DNA of 64,000 nucleotides, taken from Rebecca billardiae RCC1528 (Eukaryota; Protista; Haptophyta). Location of the stretch: positions 62,001 through 126,000 of the forward strand of contig OZ251246.1 of NCBI GenBank assembly GCA_965240325.2, in the 5' to 3' direction. The position numbers and the translations under genes are program-made. The notes beneath the pieces are model-generated. The model saw only the letters and a program-made list of their open reading frames with translations, was not told where the DNA came from and made no database searches. Shown piece by piece: positions 24,227 to 36,200 of the stretch (position 1 is its first letter; each line of letters opens with the position of its first letter).

Positions 24227-25357
24227 CCCGACGCCCCGCAGCCGCACCCTTAACCGGTACGCGCGAGATGCGCGGGGCGTCGTTGTCATTGGCCAGTCAT
24301 CACCGACGCGCGCAGATAGATAGAAAGAAGAGCCTACAAAATCCGAATTTGCCGTTCGCGGCTTCACGCCTGACGAACCCGAAATCAGCTCGCTACAATC
24401 GTCATCATCTCCGTAGTATGATAGTATGACTACTGTGTCATAAGATCCGCCTGATTATTCCATTACGAGGGTAGGTTGTCTTCAATAATGATAGGAGCGT
24501 GCATTACTGCAGCGATATATCTCTTGACTCAGAATGCACCACCCCCAATGAGGTTTTTGAGGTGAAAGTTGATCTGGGATTAATATTGGACGCGGCCTTG
24601 CGACGGTTCGCCGAACTGGGTAGCAGTCGTCACTCGATATCTTCCGACGATGAGTTTTGAGTAGAAGAAAACCCCGCCTGGCCATAATAATGAGTTCGCT
24701 TTCGTCAACCTCCACCGATTCTCGTTTCTCATCGGTGATTCAATCAGGCTTGGCGGGTGGATTGGTGTATCGTAGCAAACGGAATTGCACGCTCGACCTC
24801 CTCTCGTGGGCCGTGCATCCACTCTGGGACGCAGGCCGACGTACGGCAAAGAGCTTCGAGGACAACCGCGGCCGGGCTCGGCGGCTTCGGCGGTTTTTCG
24901 GCCATCGCGGCCACCGCCGTTGCGCCGGCCAGGGCGGCAAGGGCCACACGTCTCGTTGTCTGCAAAAACTCGGAGGCGTGGCCACATGCACGCTTCGAAC
25001 GGCGTCGGCGGCATACCGACGACGCTTTTGGTCGGTTATCGAAACGGCAAGGCGTTCAGCACGGCATAGGAAAGTACGAATGGCATATGCGAGCGAGTAC
25101 TTCTCCACACATTCTTGTAGGTTGTCCTAGGAGGCCGGTTTGTATGAAAGTAATCCCCACGCCACATACAAAGAATCGAGATCGCGCGCGCGGACATTGT
25201 CGTATTTGCCAATACGGTAGAGGAGTCGGGGGGGGAGCATCAGGTAAAAGTGTGTTGTGCGTAAATACAGTTTACTATGTTTTAACGTGCACACTTGGTT
25301 AAGGCGTGATACCAGCAGCTTTCAAGGACATACTAATCACCGGGACGCCCCCGCCGG

Positions 25358-25386
25358 CTACGCCTCAGCCCGCGCGTCACCGGGCT

Positions 25387-25418
<32 letters not shown>

Positions 25419-26599
25419 CCGCCGAGCGCATCGGCCGCTGCGCTGGGCTTGAGCATCCCGGCGCCCGGCGCGGCGCCCGGCAGCGGCGAGGGCGAGACGC
25501 GCGCGCCGGCGGCGGCGCCGCCGCCGCCGCGCTCGGCGGCGGCGGCGGCGCCGCCGTCGGCCGCGAGCTGCACGTCGGCGGTGACGGCGTTGAGGTCGAG
25601 CGCGCCCGTCTCGGCGGCGACGACGGCGGAGAGCGCGACGGCGTCGATCGCGCGCCCCGCGAGCAGCGCCACGCCCGCCACGTTGAGCACCACGCCCGCG
25701 CCGAACACGCCGAACTGCCACGGCGCCGAGCCGTCGAACTCCTCAAAGAAGAGCGCGCCCATCACGATCGAGCCAAAGCACCAGAACGAGTAGAAGGCGG
25801 GTACGATGAAGAGCGCCTCGAAGTGGCGCAGCCCGGCGTTGAGGTAGCGGATCTGCATCGGCGCGCTCACGAGCGCGCCGAGCAGCAGCACGTACGCCTC
25901 CCACCGCCCGAGCTGCGACGCGCCGCGGAACGTCGCCTTGAGCAGCTCGCCGATCGACTTTGTGAGCAGCACCGTCCACGCGGCGTACATCGAGCCGAGG
26001 AGCGCGTACGCGAAGCGGAGGCGCTGGCGGGTGCGCGGGGCGAGGGCGGCGGTGGTGCCGCCGCCCGCGCGCATCTCGCCCTCGCGGCGCAGCACGTACC
26101 CGTTCGTCAGCACCAGCCCGCCCAGGTGCGCCGCGGCGAAGCCGACAAACGGCGGCCGCTGCCAGCGCCGCAGGATCGACTCGACCGTCTCGGACGTGCA
26201 CGCGGAGTCGGCAGAGACGACGATGGCGACGACGCCGCCGATGATGAGCGCGACCGCGCCCAGCGTCCGCCCGCCCACGCGCTCGCCGAGCAGCACCCGC
26301 GCGAACGCCAGGTTGGACACGAGCGAGACGGAGCCGATCGGCGTGATCACGCTCTGCGGCGTGAACGTGAGACCGACCGCGTCGCCGAGGTTGCCGACGA
26401 GGAAGATGGCGAAGCCGAGGAGCCAGAGCGGCTCGCGCACGTACGCCCGCCGCTCCGCCGCCGGCCGCGCGAGCGAGCGCACGTGCGCCAGCCGCTGCAC
26501 GTTCAGCCCGAGGTTGAGCACGATCGAGCCGAGCGTCGACGCGCCGATCCCGAGCCAAAAGTCGGGGACGGCGGCGGAGGAGGAGGGCTCGTCGCACAT
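25358..26599 (-). CDS. NIPA-family (DMT superfamily) magnesium transporter
   Basis: About 9 TM segments; GSIVLNLGLNVQR, PLWLLGFAIFLVGNLGD, FTPQSVITPIGSVSLVSN, YLNAGLRHFEALFIVP and GALFFEEF. Confidence 0.88.
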
Positions 26600-27343
26600 G
26601 GCGGGTGGAGGCGGTGGGGGGGCGCGCGCGCGCGGCTGCGCGGGTGGGCCCACGCCGGCCGCGGGCGCCGAGGGGCGCGCAGCCGGAGCGAGCGCGGTGC
26701 GGGCCGCCGCGGTTGCCAACGCCCGCCTGCCCCAGCACCGTGGCGCCCAAACAAAGCAGCAGCAGATCTGCGCTCGCAACCTCCTGAATTCTGATGCAGC
26801 AGATCCCGAGTCAATATTGACGTCGTCGTGCTGCGGACCTGCTTGGTGCTGGCGCCTATGTGATGCGGGTAATGAGTAACGACGGCTATATATATGCCGA
26901 TCAAGATGCTCATCGCCCGCGCGCGCATGGCGCACGTGCGCCCGGGGGCACGCGCCCGCGGGGGCGCTGCATACGACGACTACTTCGAGACGACGGCTGA
27001 CGACGCGTGGCACCGCGACCACCGCGGTGGCGCGTGCGCGTCGACGCCAGACCGCAGACGGTGCGTCGAGCTTAACCGCTCGGCGATGGAGTGATGGGCG
27101 ACTATGAGGGGCGGGGGGACGACGGCGAGGAGCGCTGATCCTGGTGTTTGTCTCTGCTGCTCGATCTGCTGCTACAGCTTGCTGACTCTGACGCCTGCCC
27201 GTTGCATACCACGTCGTTAATATATGCCGATCCGTCGATCGACTGTTTTTTTTAATACGGTGAGAAAACGCCTTACGCCGCGCCGTTTGGGGCCGCCGCG
27301 AACCGGCAGCGGCGGCCAGGATTGGGCGCACGATGGCGGCCCC

Positions 27344-29891
27344 TCATTCCTCGGCCGCGTCGTCGTCGTCGACGCCGCCGCCGCGGCGCAGCTGGAGCGC
27401 GGCGTCGAGCGGCGCCTCGCTGCCCGCGCTCGCCCAGCGCGCGCACTCGCCCGGCGCGCGGCGCGACGAGCAGTACGCCGCCTCGCCGCGCGCGGCCGCG
27501 CCGAGCGCGCCGCCGTCGGCCGCGCCGTGCGCGCCCGCCGCCGCCGCCGCCGCCGCCGCCGCGCAGCGCGACGCGTCGATCCGCGGCGTGGGCGCGGCCG
27601 AGCTGCCGGGCGTGGAGAGCGTGGGCGAGCGGCGCACGCGGCACGTCGCGCCGCCCGCGTCCGCCGCCGTGGGCGAGAGCAGCGGCGCCGGCCGCGCGAG
27701 CCCTGCGGCGCCGAGCCGCGATCGCGCGAGCTCGACGGCCATCTGCGCGCGCGCGCGCCCGAGCCCGCGCTCGTCGGCCCAGCGCGCGGGCGCGGCGCGG
27801 CTCGGCGGGCTCGGGCCGGGCGGGCTCGCCGCCAGGTCCATCTCGCCGTGCGGCCGCACCGGCGGCGGCCGCGGCGGCCCGCCCCCGCGCCCCGCCGAGC
27901 GCACCGTCTCCTCGGCGAGCGCGCGCGCGGCCGCGAGCGCGCGCTGCCGCCGCGCCTCGTCCGCGCCGCACGCCGAGCGCGGCGAGCCCACGCTGGGCGA
28001 GGGCGTGCGCCGGCTCGGCGCGTACGAGCTGGGCGGCGCGTACCCGCCGCCGCCGCCGTAGTAGTACGGCGGCGCGCCGCCGCCGTACCCCGCGCCGCCG
28101 GGCGGCGGCGAGGTGGGCGTCACCGGCAGCCGCGCGCCGGGCGGCGGCGGCGCGTAGCTGTGCGGCGCGCGGTAGCCGTGCGCGCCGGGCGGCGGCGGCG
28201 GCGGCGGCGGCGGGCCGTAGCCGTAGCCGAGCGGCGGCTCGTCCGGCTCGTCCGCCCAGCCGAACAGCGAGCTCAGCCCGTCGCCCAGGCTGGCGAGCAC
28301 GCCGCGCGGCCGCGGCGGCGGCGCGCGGTGGTAGTAGGGCGGCGCGCCGCCGTGCGCGCCGCCGCTCGCGCGCGCGGGCGGCGCGCCGTAGCCGCCGCCG
28401 TAGCCGGGCGCGCCGCCGTGCGCGCCGCCGCCGCCGAGGCCGAGCAGGCTGCCGAGCACGGCGAGCGGGCCGGGCGGCGGCGGCGGCGGCGGCGGCGGCT
28501 GCGCGTACAGCTGCGCGGGCGGCGGGCCGCCGTAGTACGCGCCGCCGCCGCCGCCGCCGTACTGCGCGCCGTCCGGGCGGCCGTGCTGCGCGCCGTCCGC
28601 CCACGGGTCGTAGGGCGGCGTGGGCGCGGCGTGGTGCGGCGGCGGCGTGGGGCGGCGCGCGGCGAGCTCGCGCTCGCGCGCGCGCGCGGCGGCGGCGGCG
28701 AGGCCGGCGCGCGCGCCCGGCGGCGGCGGCGGCGGCGGCGGCGGGCGCGGCGCTCGCGGCGGCCTCGCCGCCGCCGAGCCGCGCGACGGCGCGGCCGACG
28801 CGCGCGGCGGGCGCATCAGCTCGACCGCGCGCTCCGCCTCCGCCTCCGCCGCCTCGCCGCCGTCGTCCGTCGCGTCGTCGTCGTCGTCGTCGGCGCGGCG
28901 CGGCGGCTCGGCGGGCGGCGTGAGGCCGCGCGAGGGCGGCGTGCGCGCGCCGCGCGCCGCCGAGCGCGGCCTCGACGCCGCCGACGCCGCCGCGGTGGAC
29001 GCGACGGCCGACGAGCCGGCCGAGCGCCCCGACAGCCCGTCCCAGCTCGCGCCGTCGAGCGCGTCCGCGACGCCGCGCTGCCGCCGGAAGAGGGCGAGGC
29101 GCTCGCGCGCGGTGGCGACGGCGTGGAGCGGGCGCGCGGTGCCGTCGTCCGCGCCCGCGCGCGCCGACGGCCGGTTGCTGCCGTACAGCGGCGCGAACTC
29201 GGGCTCGGGCGGCGTGCGCACCGGCGCGCCGCGCGAGCGGCGGCGGCGGTGCGGCGGCTGCTGCTGCTGTGCGCGCGGCGGCGTGAGGCTTTGCGCGCGC
29301 GCGCCGCCGCCGCCGCACCCGCCGCCGCCGAGCGCCGCGAGCGCGGCGACGGCGGAGGCGTGCGTGCGCGCGTCGGTCGCGCACGCGCGCGGCGGCGCGG
29401 CGCCCGCGCCGCAGCCGCCGCCGCAGCCGCCAAAGCTGCCGCTGCCGCCGTCCGCAGTGCTTGCGCTGCCGCTGCCGCCGCCGCAGCCGCACCCGCCGGC
29501 CTCCGCGCGGTAGCAGCCGCCGTCGGCGCCGCGCGCAGAGTCGACGAGCCGCGCGGCGCGCACGGCTGCGCGGGCGCGCGCGCGCACGCGGGGGGCGGGC
29601 GGCGCGCGCGTGAGCCGCACACGCGCACGCACGCTCGGCGCGCGCGCCGCCCGCTGCGCGCGGCGGGCGCGCACCGCGAGAGACCACCTGATTCCACGAG
29701 CGCGCGCTCGGCATGGCGGAGGAGGCGGCGGAGGGGCGCGAGGGGCGGGCCGAGTCGTGCGGCGTGCCCGGCTCGGAGGGCGGCAGCGACGGCGGCGGCG
29801 GCGCCGCGTGCGCCACGTCCTCCGCCATGCGGTACGCGATGTCCGACGCAGCGACCGGGTCCTGGTGAGGCGTGGCCGCGCGCGGTTTCAT
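27344..29891 (-). CDS. Hypothetical low-complexity Pro/Gly/Tyr-rich protein (probable intron ~29674-29566)
   Basis: Protein-like composition in the 27344-29674 frame. An upstream exon MKPRAATPHQD... can be joined in frame through a GTGCGC donor and GCGCAG acceptor. Confidence 0.45.
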
Positions 29892-30085
29892 GTCGTGTGG
29901 TCCCGTGGGGGGTGGGTTTGGGGGGTTTTTGGAGGCGGGGGCGGGGGCGGGGGCGGGGGCGGGGGCGACAGAGGGGGCGGGGGCGGGGGCGACAGAGGGG
30001 GCGCGGGGGAGGGCGGCGGCAGGCGGGGCGGTGAGGGCGGCTGCCGCCGCGGCCGAGCGCGCGGCGCCGCGGGCACACCGCCGCC

Positions 30086-30195
30086 ACGCGCACACACACG
30101 CACACGCACACACACGCACGCGCACACGCACACGCACACACGCACACACGCACACGCACACACGCACACGCACACACGCACACGCACACACACGC
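30086..30195. repeat. (CA/CGCA)n compound microsatellite
   Basis: Seen directly, intergenic. Confidence 0.9.
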
Positions 30196-30223
30196 CCACT
30201 TTTGGGCAGAAGCGAAAAAGCAA

Positions 30224-33200
30224 TCAGCCCCGGAGGGCAACGGCGGCGCGCGCGCGCGCACGAGAGAGAGAGGGCGCGCGGGAGGCGCGCGCGCGCGCGC
30301 GCACCGCGGCGAGGCCGGGCGGGATGGCGGCGGCGATGTCTTCGTACGCCGCGGCGCGCCTCCGCTCCTGCGCGCGCACCCACGCGTCGTGCCACAGCCG
30401 CGCGCGCCGCCGCTCGAGCGCGTTGGCCGAGGCGGGGAAGGCGGCGGCGAGCGGCGGCGGCGCGGCGCCCGGCTCCGAGCCGACGGCGCCGCCGCCCGAG
30501 CGCCGGCCGGCGGCGAGCGCGGCGACGATCGCGGCGGCGCGCGCGTCGGCGGGCGCGTCGGCCGCGGCCGCGCCGGCCGGCCCGCGCGGCGGCGGCGCGC
30601 CGGGCGGCGGCGCGTCGGCGGACGCGGACGCGCCCGCCGACGCGGCGACGGCGCGCGCGGGCGTGGCCGCGCCGGCGGGCTCCGCGCCCGGCCCGCCGCC
30701 GTCGGTCGTCGAGGCGACGGGCGGCGCGCCGCGCGCCGAGCCGCGCGCGCTGCCGCCGCCGCTGCGCGCGCTGCCGCCGCCGCTGCGCGTGCGCGCGCTG
30801 CTCGCGCCCGAGCCGGCCGCGCCGCCGCCTGCCGCCTGCCGCTGCGCGGGGCGGCGCGCGTCCGCGCCCGTGCGGCCGACGACGCGCACGTCGTCTGCGC
30901 CGGCCGCGGCCGCGGCGCCGCCGGCCGCGGCGCCGTCGGTCGTCGAGGCGTCGGCGGGCGGCGCGGCGCGCGCCGAGCTCCCGCCTGCGCGCGGCGTGGG
31001 CGCGGGCTCGTCCGCGTGCGCGACGGCGCCGAGCGCGAGCGGCGGCGGGCGGCGCGGCGGCGGCGGCGCGTCGGACGCCGGCGCGCCGCCCGCCGCCGCC
31101 GCCGCCGCCGCCGCCTCGCCCGCCGCCTCCGCGTCCGAGGCCTTGGGCTCGGCGCCGTAGCACGGGTGCTCCCCCCTGCGCACGCGCCGCGCGCACACGC
31201 ACGCCCAGCACAGCAGCAGCACCAGCACCGCGCCGCCGATCAGCGCGTACAGCCACGCAAAGCCGAGCGAGACGCCGGAGGCCAGGCCGTCCACCGCCAC
31301 CTCGAACGGAGTGCGCGCCTCGGCCGACTGGCCCTGCACCTCGTCCGCCTCCTCGGCGGGGGCGCGCGCGGAGGAGGCGCCGTCCTCCTCGTCCTCGCCC
31401 TGCGCGTCCGAGCCGGCGCCGCCCGGCGGCGGCGGCGACGGCGGCGGCGACGGCGGCGGCGACGGCGGCGGGCGCGGCGGCGGGCGCGGCGGCGGCGCCG
31501 GCGGCGGGCTCGGCGGCGGGCTCGGCGGCGGAGCCGGCGGCGGCGGGCTGGGCGGCGGGCCCGGCGGCGGGCCCGGCGGCGGGCTCGGCGGCGGCGAGGG
31601 CGGCGGGCTCGGCGGGCTGGGCGGCGGGAACGGCTCGGTGCGCGGCGGCGGCGGCGGCGCCGGCGGCGGGCTCGGCGGCGGGCTCGGCGGCGGAGCCGGC
31701 GGCGGCGCGTACACGCACCCGCCGTCCGAGAAGTGCGCGCTCGACTCGTAGTTGGCCGCGGCCGGGTCGACGCAGCCGGCGTAGCGGCACGAGCCGTCGT
31801 CGAGCTGCGCGCTGGGGAGGTAGTTGGCCGCGGCCGAGTCGGTGCAGCCCGCCACGGGGTACACGCAGCTGCCGTCGTCCACCGTCGCGCTCGAGTCGAA
31901 GTTGGTCGCGGCCGAGGCGGCGCACCCAAAGTGCACGCAGCTGCCGTCGTCCGCCGCCGCGGCCGACGCGTAGTTGGGCGCGGCCGAGTCGGTGCAGCCC
32001 GCCACGGCGTACACGCACGTGCCGTCGTTCACGTTGGCCGTCGAGTCGTAGTTCGCCGCGACCGGCGCGGTGCAGCCGCGGTAGATGCACGAGCCGTCGT
32101 CCGCCGCCGCGGCGGAGAGGTAGTTCTCCGCGGCCGCGTCGGTGCAGCCCGCGCGCGCGTACGCGCACGAGCCGTCGAGCACGGAGGCGGCCGAGTCGTA
32201 GTTGGCCGCGGCGGTGTCGGTGCAGCCGGCGCGCACGCACGAGCCGTCGTCCCCGCCCGCGTCCGAGTCGTAGTTCTCCGCGGCCGAGTCGGTGCAGCCC
32301 TGCGCGACGAACGCGCACGAGCCGTCGTCCGAGTCCGCCGCCGAGTCGTAGTTGGTCGCGTTGGGCACGGTGCAGCCCGGCGCGAGCCGCCGGCCGTGCT
32401 GCTGCGGCGGCGGCTGCGGCTGCGGCGGCGGCTGGAGCAGCAGCCGCCGCCGGCCCGGCGCGTACACGCAGCCGGCCGGCTGCTGCACGTTGGCGGCCGA
32501 GTTGTAGTTGTACGCGGCCGAGTCGGTGCAGCCCGCGCGCGCAAACACGCACGCGCCGGCCGCGTAGTGCGTCGCGCTCGAGTCGAAGTTGAGCGCGCCG
32601 GCGGCGGCGCAGCCGAACGCGGGCACGATGCAGCCGCCGTCGTCCTCCGCCGCGTCGGACGCGTAGTTGAGCGCGGACGGCTCGGTGCAGCCGCGCGCCG
32701 GGTACACGCAGCCGCCGTCGTCGAGCGTCGCGGCCGAGTTGTAGTTGGACGCGCTCGGCGCCATGCAGCCGCCGAGCGGCAGCACGCAGCTGCCGTCGTC
32801 CACGGCCGCGGCGGACGCGTAGTTGAGCGCGGACGAGTCGGTGCAGCCGCCGAGCGCGAAGACGCAGCTGCCGTCGTTCACGCTCGCGCTCGAGTCGTAG
32901 TTGAGCGCGGCGCGCGCGACGCAGCCCGGCGCCGCGTACGCGCAGCCGCCGTCGTCCGCCGTCGCGTCCGACCAGTAGTTGGCCGCGGCCGCGTCGGTGC
33001 AGCCCTGCCGCGCGTACGCGCACGCGCCCGCGCCCGGCAGCTGCACCGCCGCGCCCGAGTCGTAGTTGGACGCGAGCGGGTCGAGGCAGCCGTACGACGG
33101 CGGCGGCGGCGACGGCGGCGGCGACGGCGGCGGCGGCGACGGCGGCGGCGACGGCGGCGGCGGCGACGGCGGCGGCGCGGGCGGAGGCGGCGACGGCGGC

Positions 33201-36200
33201 GGAGCGGGCGAGGGCGAGGGCGGCGGCGACGGCGGCGGCGACGGCGGCGGCGACGGCGGCGGCGGCGACGGCGGCGGCGACGGCGGCGGCGGCGACGGCG
33301 GCGGCGCGGGCGGAGGCGGCGACGGCGGCGGAGCGGGCGAGGGCGACGGCGGCGGCGACGGCGGCGGCGACGGCGGCGGCGACGGCGAGGGCGACGGCGG
33401 CGGCGACGGCGGCGGCGAGGGCGGCGGCGGGCTCGGCGGCGGGCTCGGCGGCGGGCTCGGCGGCGGGCTCGGCGGCGGCGAGGGCGGCGGCAACGGCGGC
33501 GGCGAGGGCGGCGGCGGCGAGGGCGGCGGTGAGGGCGGCGGCGAGGGCGGAGGCGACGGAGGCGGCGCGGGCGGCGAGGGCGGTGGGAACGGCTCGGTGC
33601 GCGGCGGCGGCGGTGGCTGCGGCGGCGGGCTCGGCGGCGGCGAGGGCGGCGGGCTCGGCGGCGGGCTCGGCGGCGGAACCGGCGGCGGCGGGCTCGGCGG
33701 CGGGCTCGGCGGCGGGCGCGGCGGCGGCGTCGGCGGCGGTGACGGCGGCAGGCTCGGCGGGGGCGACGGCGGCGGCGACGGCGGCGGCGGGCGTGGAGGC
33801 GGGCGTGGCGGTGGCGAGGGCGGCGGCGAGGGCGGCGGCGAGGGCGGCGGACGTGGCGGCGGCGGCGACGGCGGCGGCGACGGCGGCGCGGCAGGCGGCG
33901 GCGACGGGGGCGGCGACGGCGGCGGCGCGGGCGGGGGCGAGGGCGGAGGCGACGGCGGCGGGCTCGGCGGCGAGGGCGGCGGGAACGGCTCGGTGCGCGG
34001 CGGCGGCGGCGGCTGCGGCGGCGGGCTCGGCGGCGGCAAGGGCGGCGGCGAAGGCGGAGGGCTCGGCGGCGGCGACGGCGGCGGCGTAGGCGGCGGCGGG
34101 CTCGGCGGCGGGCGCGGCGGCGGGCGCGGCGGCGGGCGCGGTGGCGGCGACGGCGGCGGCGACGGCGGTGGCGATGGTGGTGGCGAAGGGGGCGGCGCCG
34201 GCACGCCCGTGGGCGGCGGCGGGCTCGGCGGCGGGCTCGGCGGCGGGCGCGGCGGCGGGCTCGGCGGCAGGCGCGGCGGCGAGCTCGGCGGCGGCGCCGG
34301 CGGCGGCAAGGGTGGCGGCGTGGGCGGCGGACGTGGCGGCGGCGGCGAGGGCGGTGGTGACGGCGGCGGCAAGGGCGGCGGCGACGGCGGTGGGCTTGGC
34401 GGCGAGGGCGGCGGGAACGGCTCGGTGCGCGGCGGCGGCGGCGGCTGCGGCGGCGGGCTCGGCGGCGGCGAGGGCGGCGGCAACGGCGGCGGCGAGGGCG
34501 GCGGCGGCGAGGGCGGCGGGCTCGGCGGCGGCGACGGCGGCGGCGTAGGCGGTGGCGGACTCGGCGGCGGGCTCGGCGGTGGGCTCGGCGGCGGCGAGGG
34601 CGGCGGCGACGGCGAGGGCGACGGCGGTGGGAACGGCTCGGTGCGCGGCGGCGGCGGCGGCTGCGGCGGCGGGCTCGGCAGCGGCGACGGCGGCGGCGCG
34701 GGCGGAGGCGGCGACGGCGGCGGCGACGGCGGTGGCGACGGCGAGGGCGACGGCGGCGGCGACGGCGGCGGCGACGGCGGCGGCGAGGGCGGCGGCGATG
34801 GTGGTGGCGAAGGGGGCGGCGCCGGCACGGCCGTGGGCGGCGGCGGGCTCGGCGGCGGGCTCGGCGGCGGGCTCGGCGGCGGGCTCGGCGGCAGGCGCGG
34901 CAGTGGGCTAGGCGGCGGCGCCGGCGGCGGCGCCGGCGGCGGCGAGGGTGGCGGCGAGGGTGGCGGCGTGGGCGGCGGACGTGGCGGCGGCGGCGGCGGC
35001 AAGGGCGGCGGCGACGGCGGCGGGCTCGGCGGCGAGGGCGGCGGGAACGGCTCGGTGCGCGGCGGCGGCGGCGGCTGCGGCGGCGGGCTCGGCGGCGGCT
35101 GCGGCGGCGGGCTCGGCGGCGGGCTCGGCGGCGGGCTCGGCGGCGGCGGGCTCGGCGGCGGGCTCGGCGGCGCGCGCGGTGGCGGCGACGGCGGCGGCGA
35201 CGGCGGCGGCGACGGTGGCGGCGACGGTGGCGGCGCCGGCACGGCCGTGGGCGGCGGCGGGCTCGGCGGCGGGCTCGGCGGCGGGCTCGGCGGCGGGCTC
35301 GGCGGCAGGCGCGGCAGTGGGCTCGGCGGCGGCGCCGGCGGCGGCGCCGGCGGCGGCGAGGGTGGCGGCGAGGGTGGCGGCGTGGGCGGCGGACGTGGCG
35401 GCGGCGGCGGCGGCAAGGGCGGCGGCGACGGCGGCGGGCTCGGCGGCGAGGGCGGCGGGAACGGCTCGGTGCGCGGCGGCGGCGGCGGCTGCGGCGGCGG
35501 GCTCGGCGGCGGCTGCGGCGGCGGACTCGGCGGCGGGAACGGCGGCGGGCTGGGAGGCGGGCTCGGCGGCGGAGATGGTGGCGGCGGGCTCGGCGGCGGG
35601 CGCGGCGGCGACGGCGGCGGTGAAGGCGGTGGGCTCGGCGGCGGACTCGGCGGCGGGCTCGGCGGCGGGGACGGCGGCGGGCTCGGCGGCGGGCTCGGCG
35701 GCGGCCGCGGCCGCGGCGGTGGCGACGGCGGCGACGGCGGAGGGCTTGGAGGCGGCGACGGCGGCGGCGACGGCGGCGCGGGCGGCGGCGAGGGTGGCGG
35801 CACCGGCGGCGGCGGCGACGGCGGCGGTGACGGCGGCGGGAGCGGAGGCGGCGACGGCGGCGGGCTCGGCGGCACGGGCGGCGGCGGCGATGGTGCCGGC
35901 GGCGGCGGCGGCGCGGGCGGCGCCGACGGCGGCGGGCTGGGCGGCGGCGAGGGCGGCGGCGAGGGCGGCAGGCTCGGCGGCGGCGAGGGCGGCGACAGCG
36001 GCGGCGAGGGCGGCGGCGAGGGCGGCGGGCTCGGCGGCGCGCCCGGCGGCGGCGAGGGCGGCGGCGAGGGCGGCGAGGGCGGCGGGAACGGCTCGGTGCG
36101 CGGCGGCGGCGGCGGCGCGGGCGGCGGGCTGGGCGGCGGCGAGGGCGGCGGGCTCGGCGGCGGCGAGGGCGGCGGCAAGGGGGGCGGTGGGCTGGGCGGC

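Noticed and set aside
24467-24475. TACGAGGGT resembling a mariner terminal repeat
   Set aside because: No matching inverted copy or transposase found nearby.
27273-33023. 1916-aa ORF and the many other long Arg/Ala/Gly-rich ORFs in the track
   Set aside because: Off-frame or antisense shadows of real genes; stop codons are rare at this GC content.
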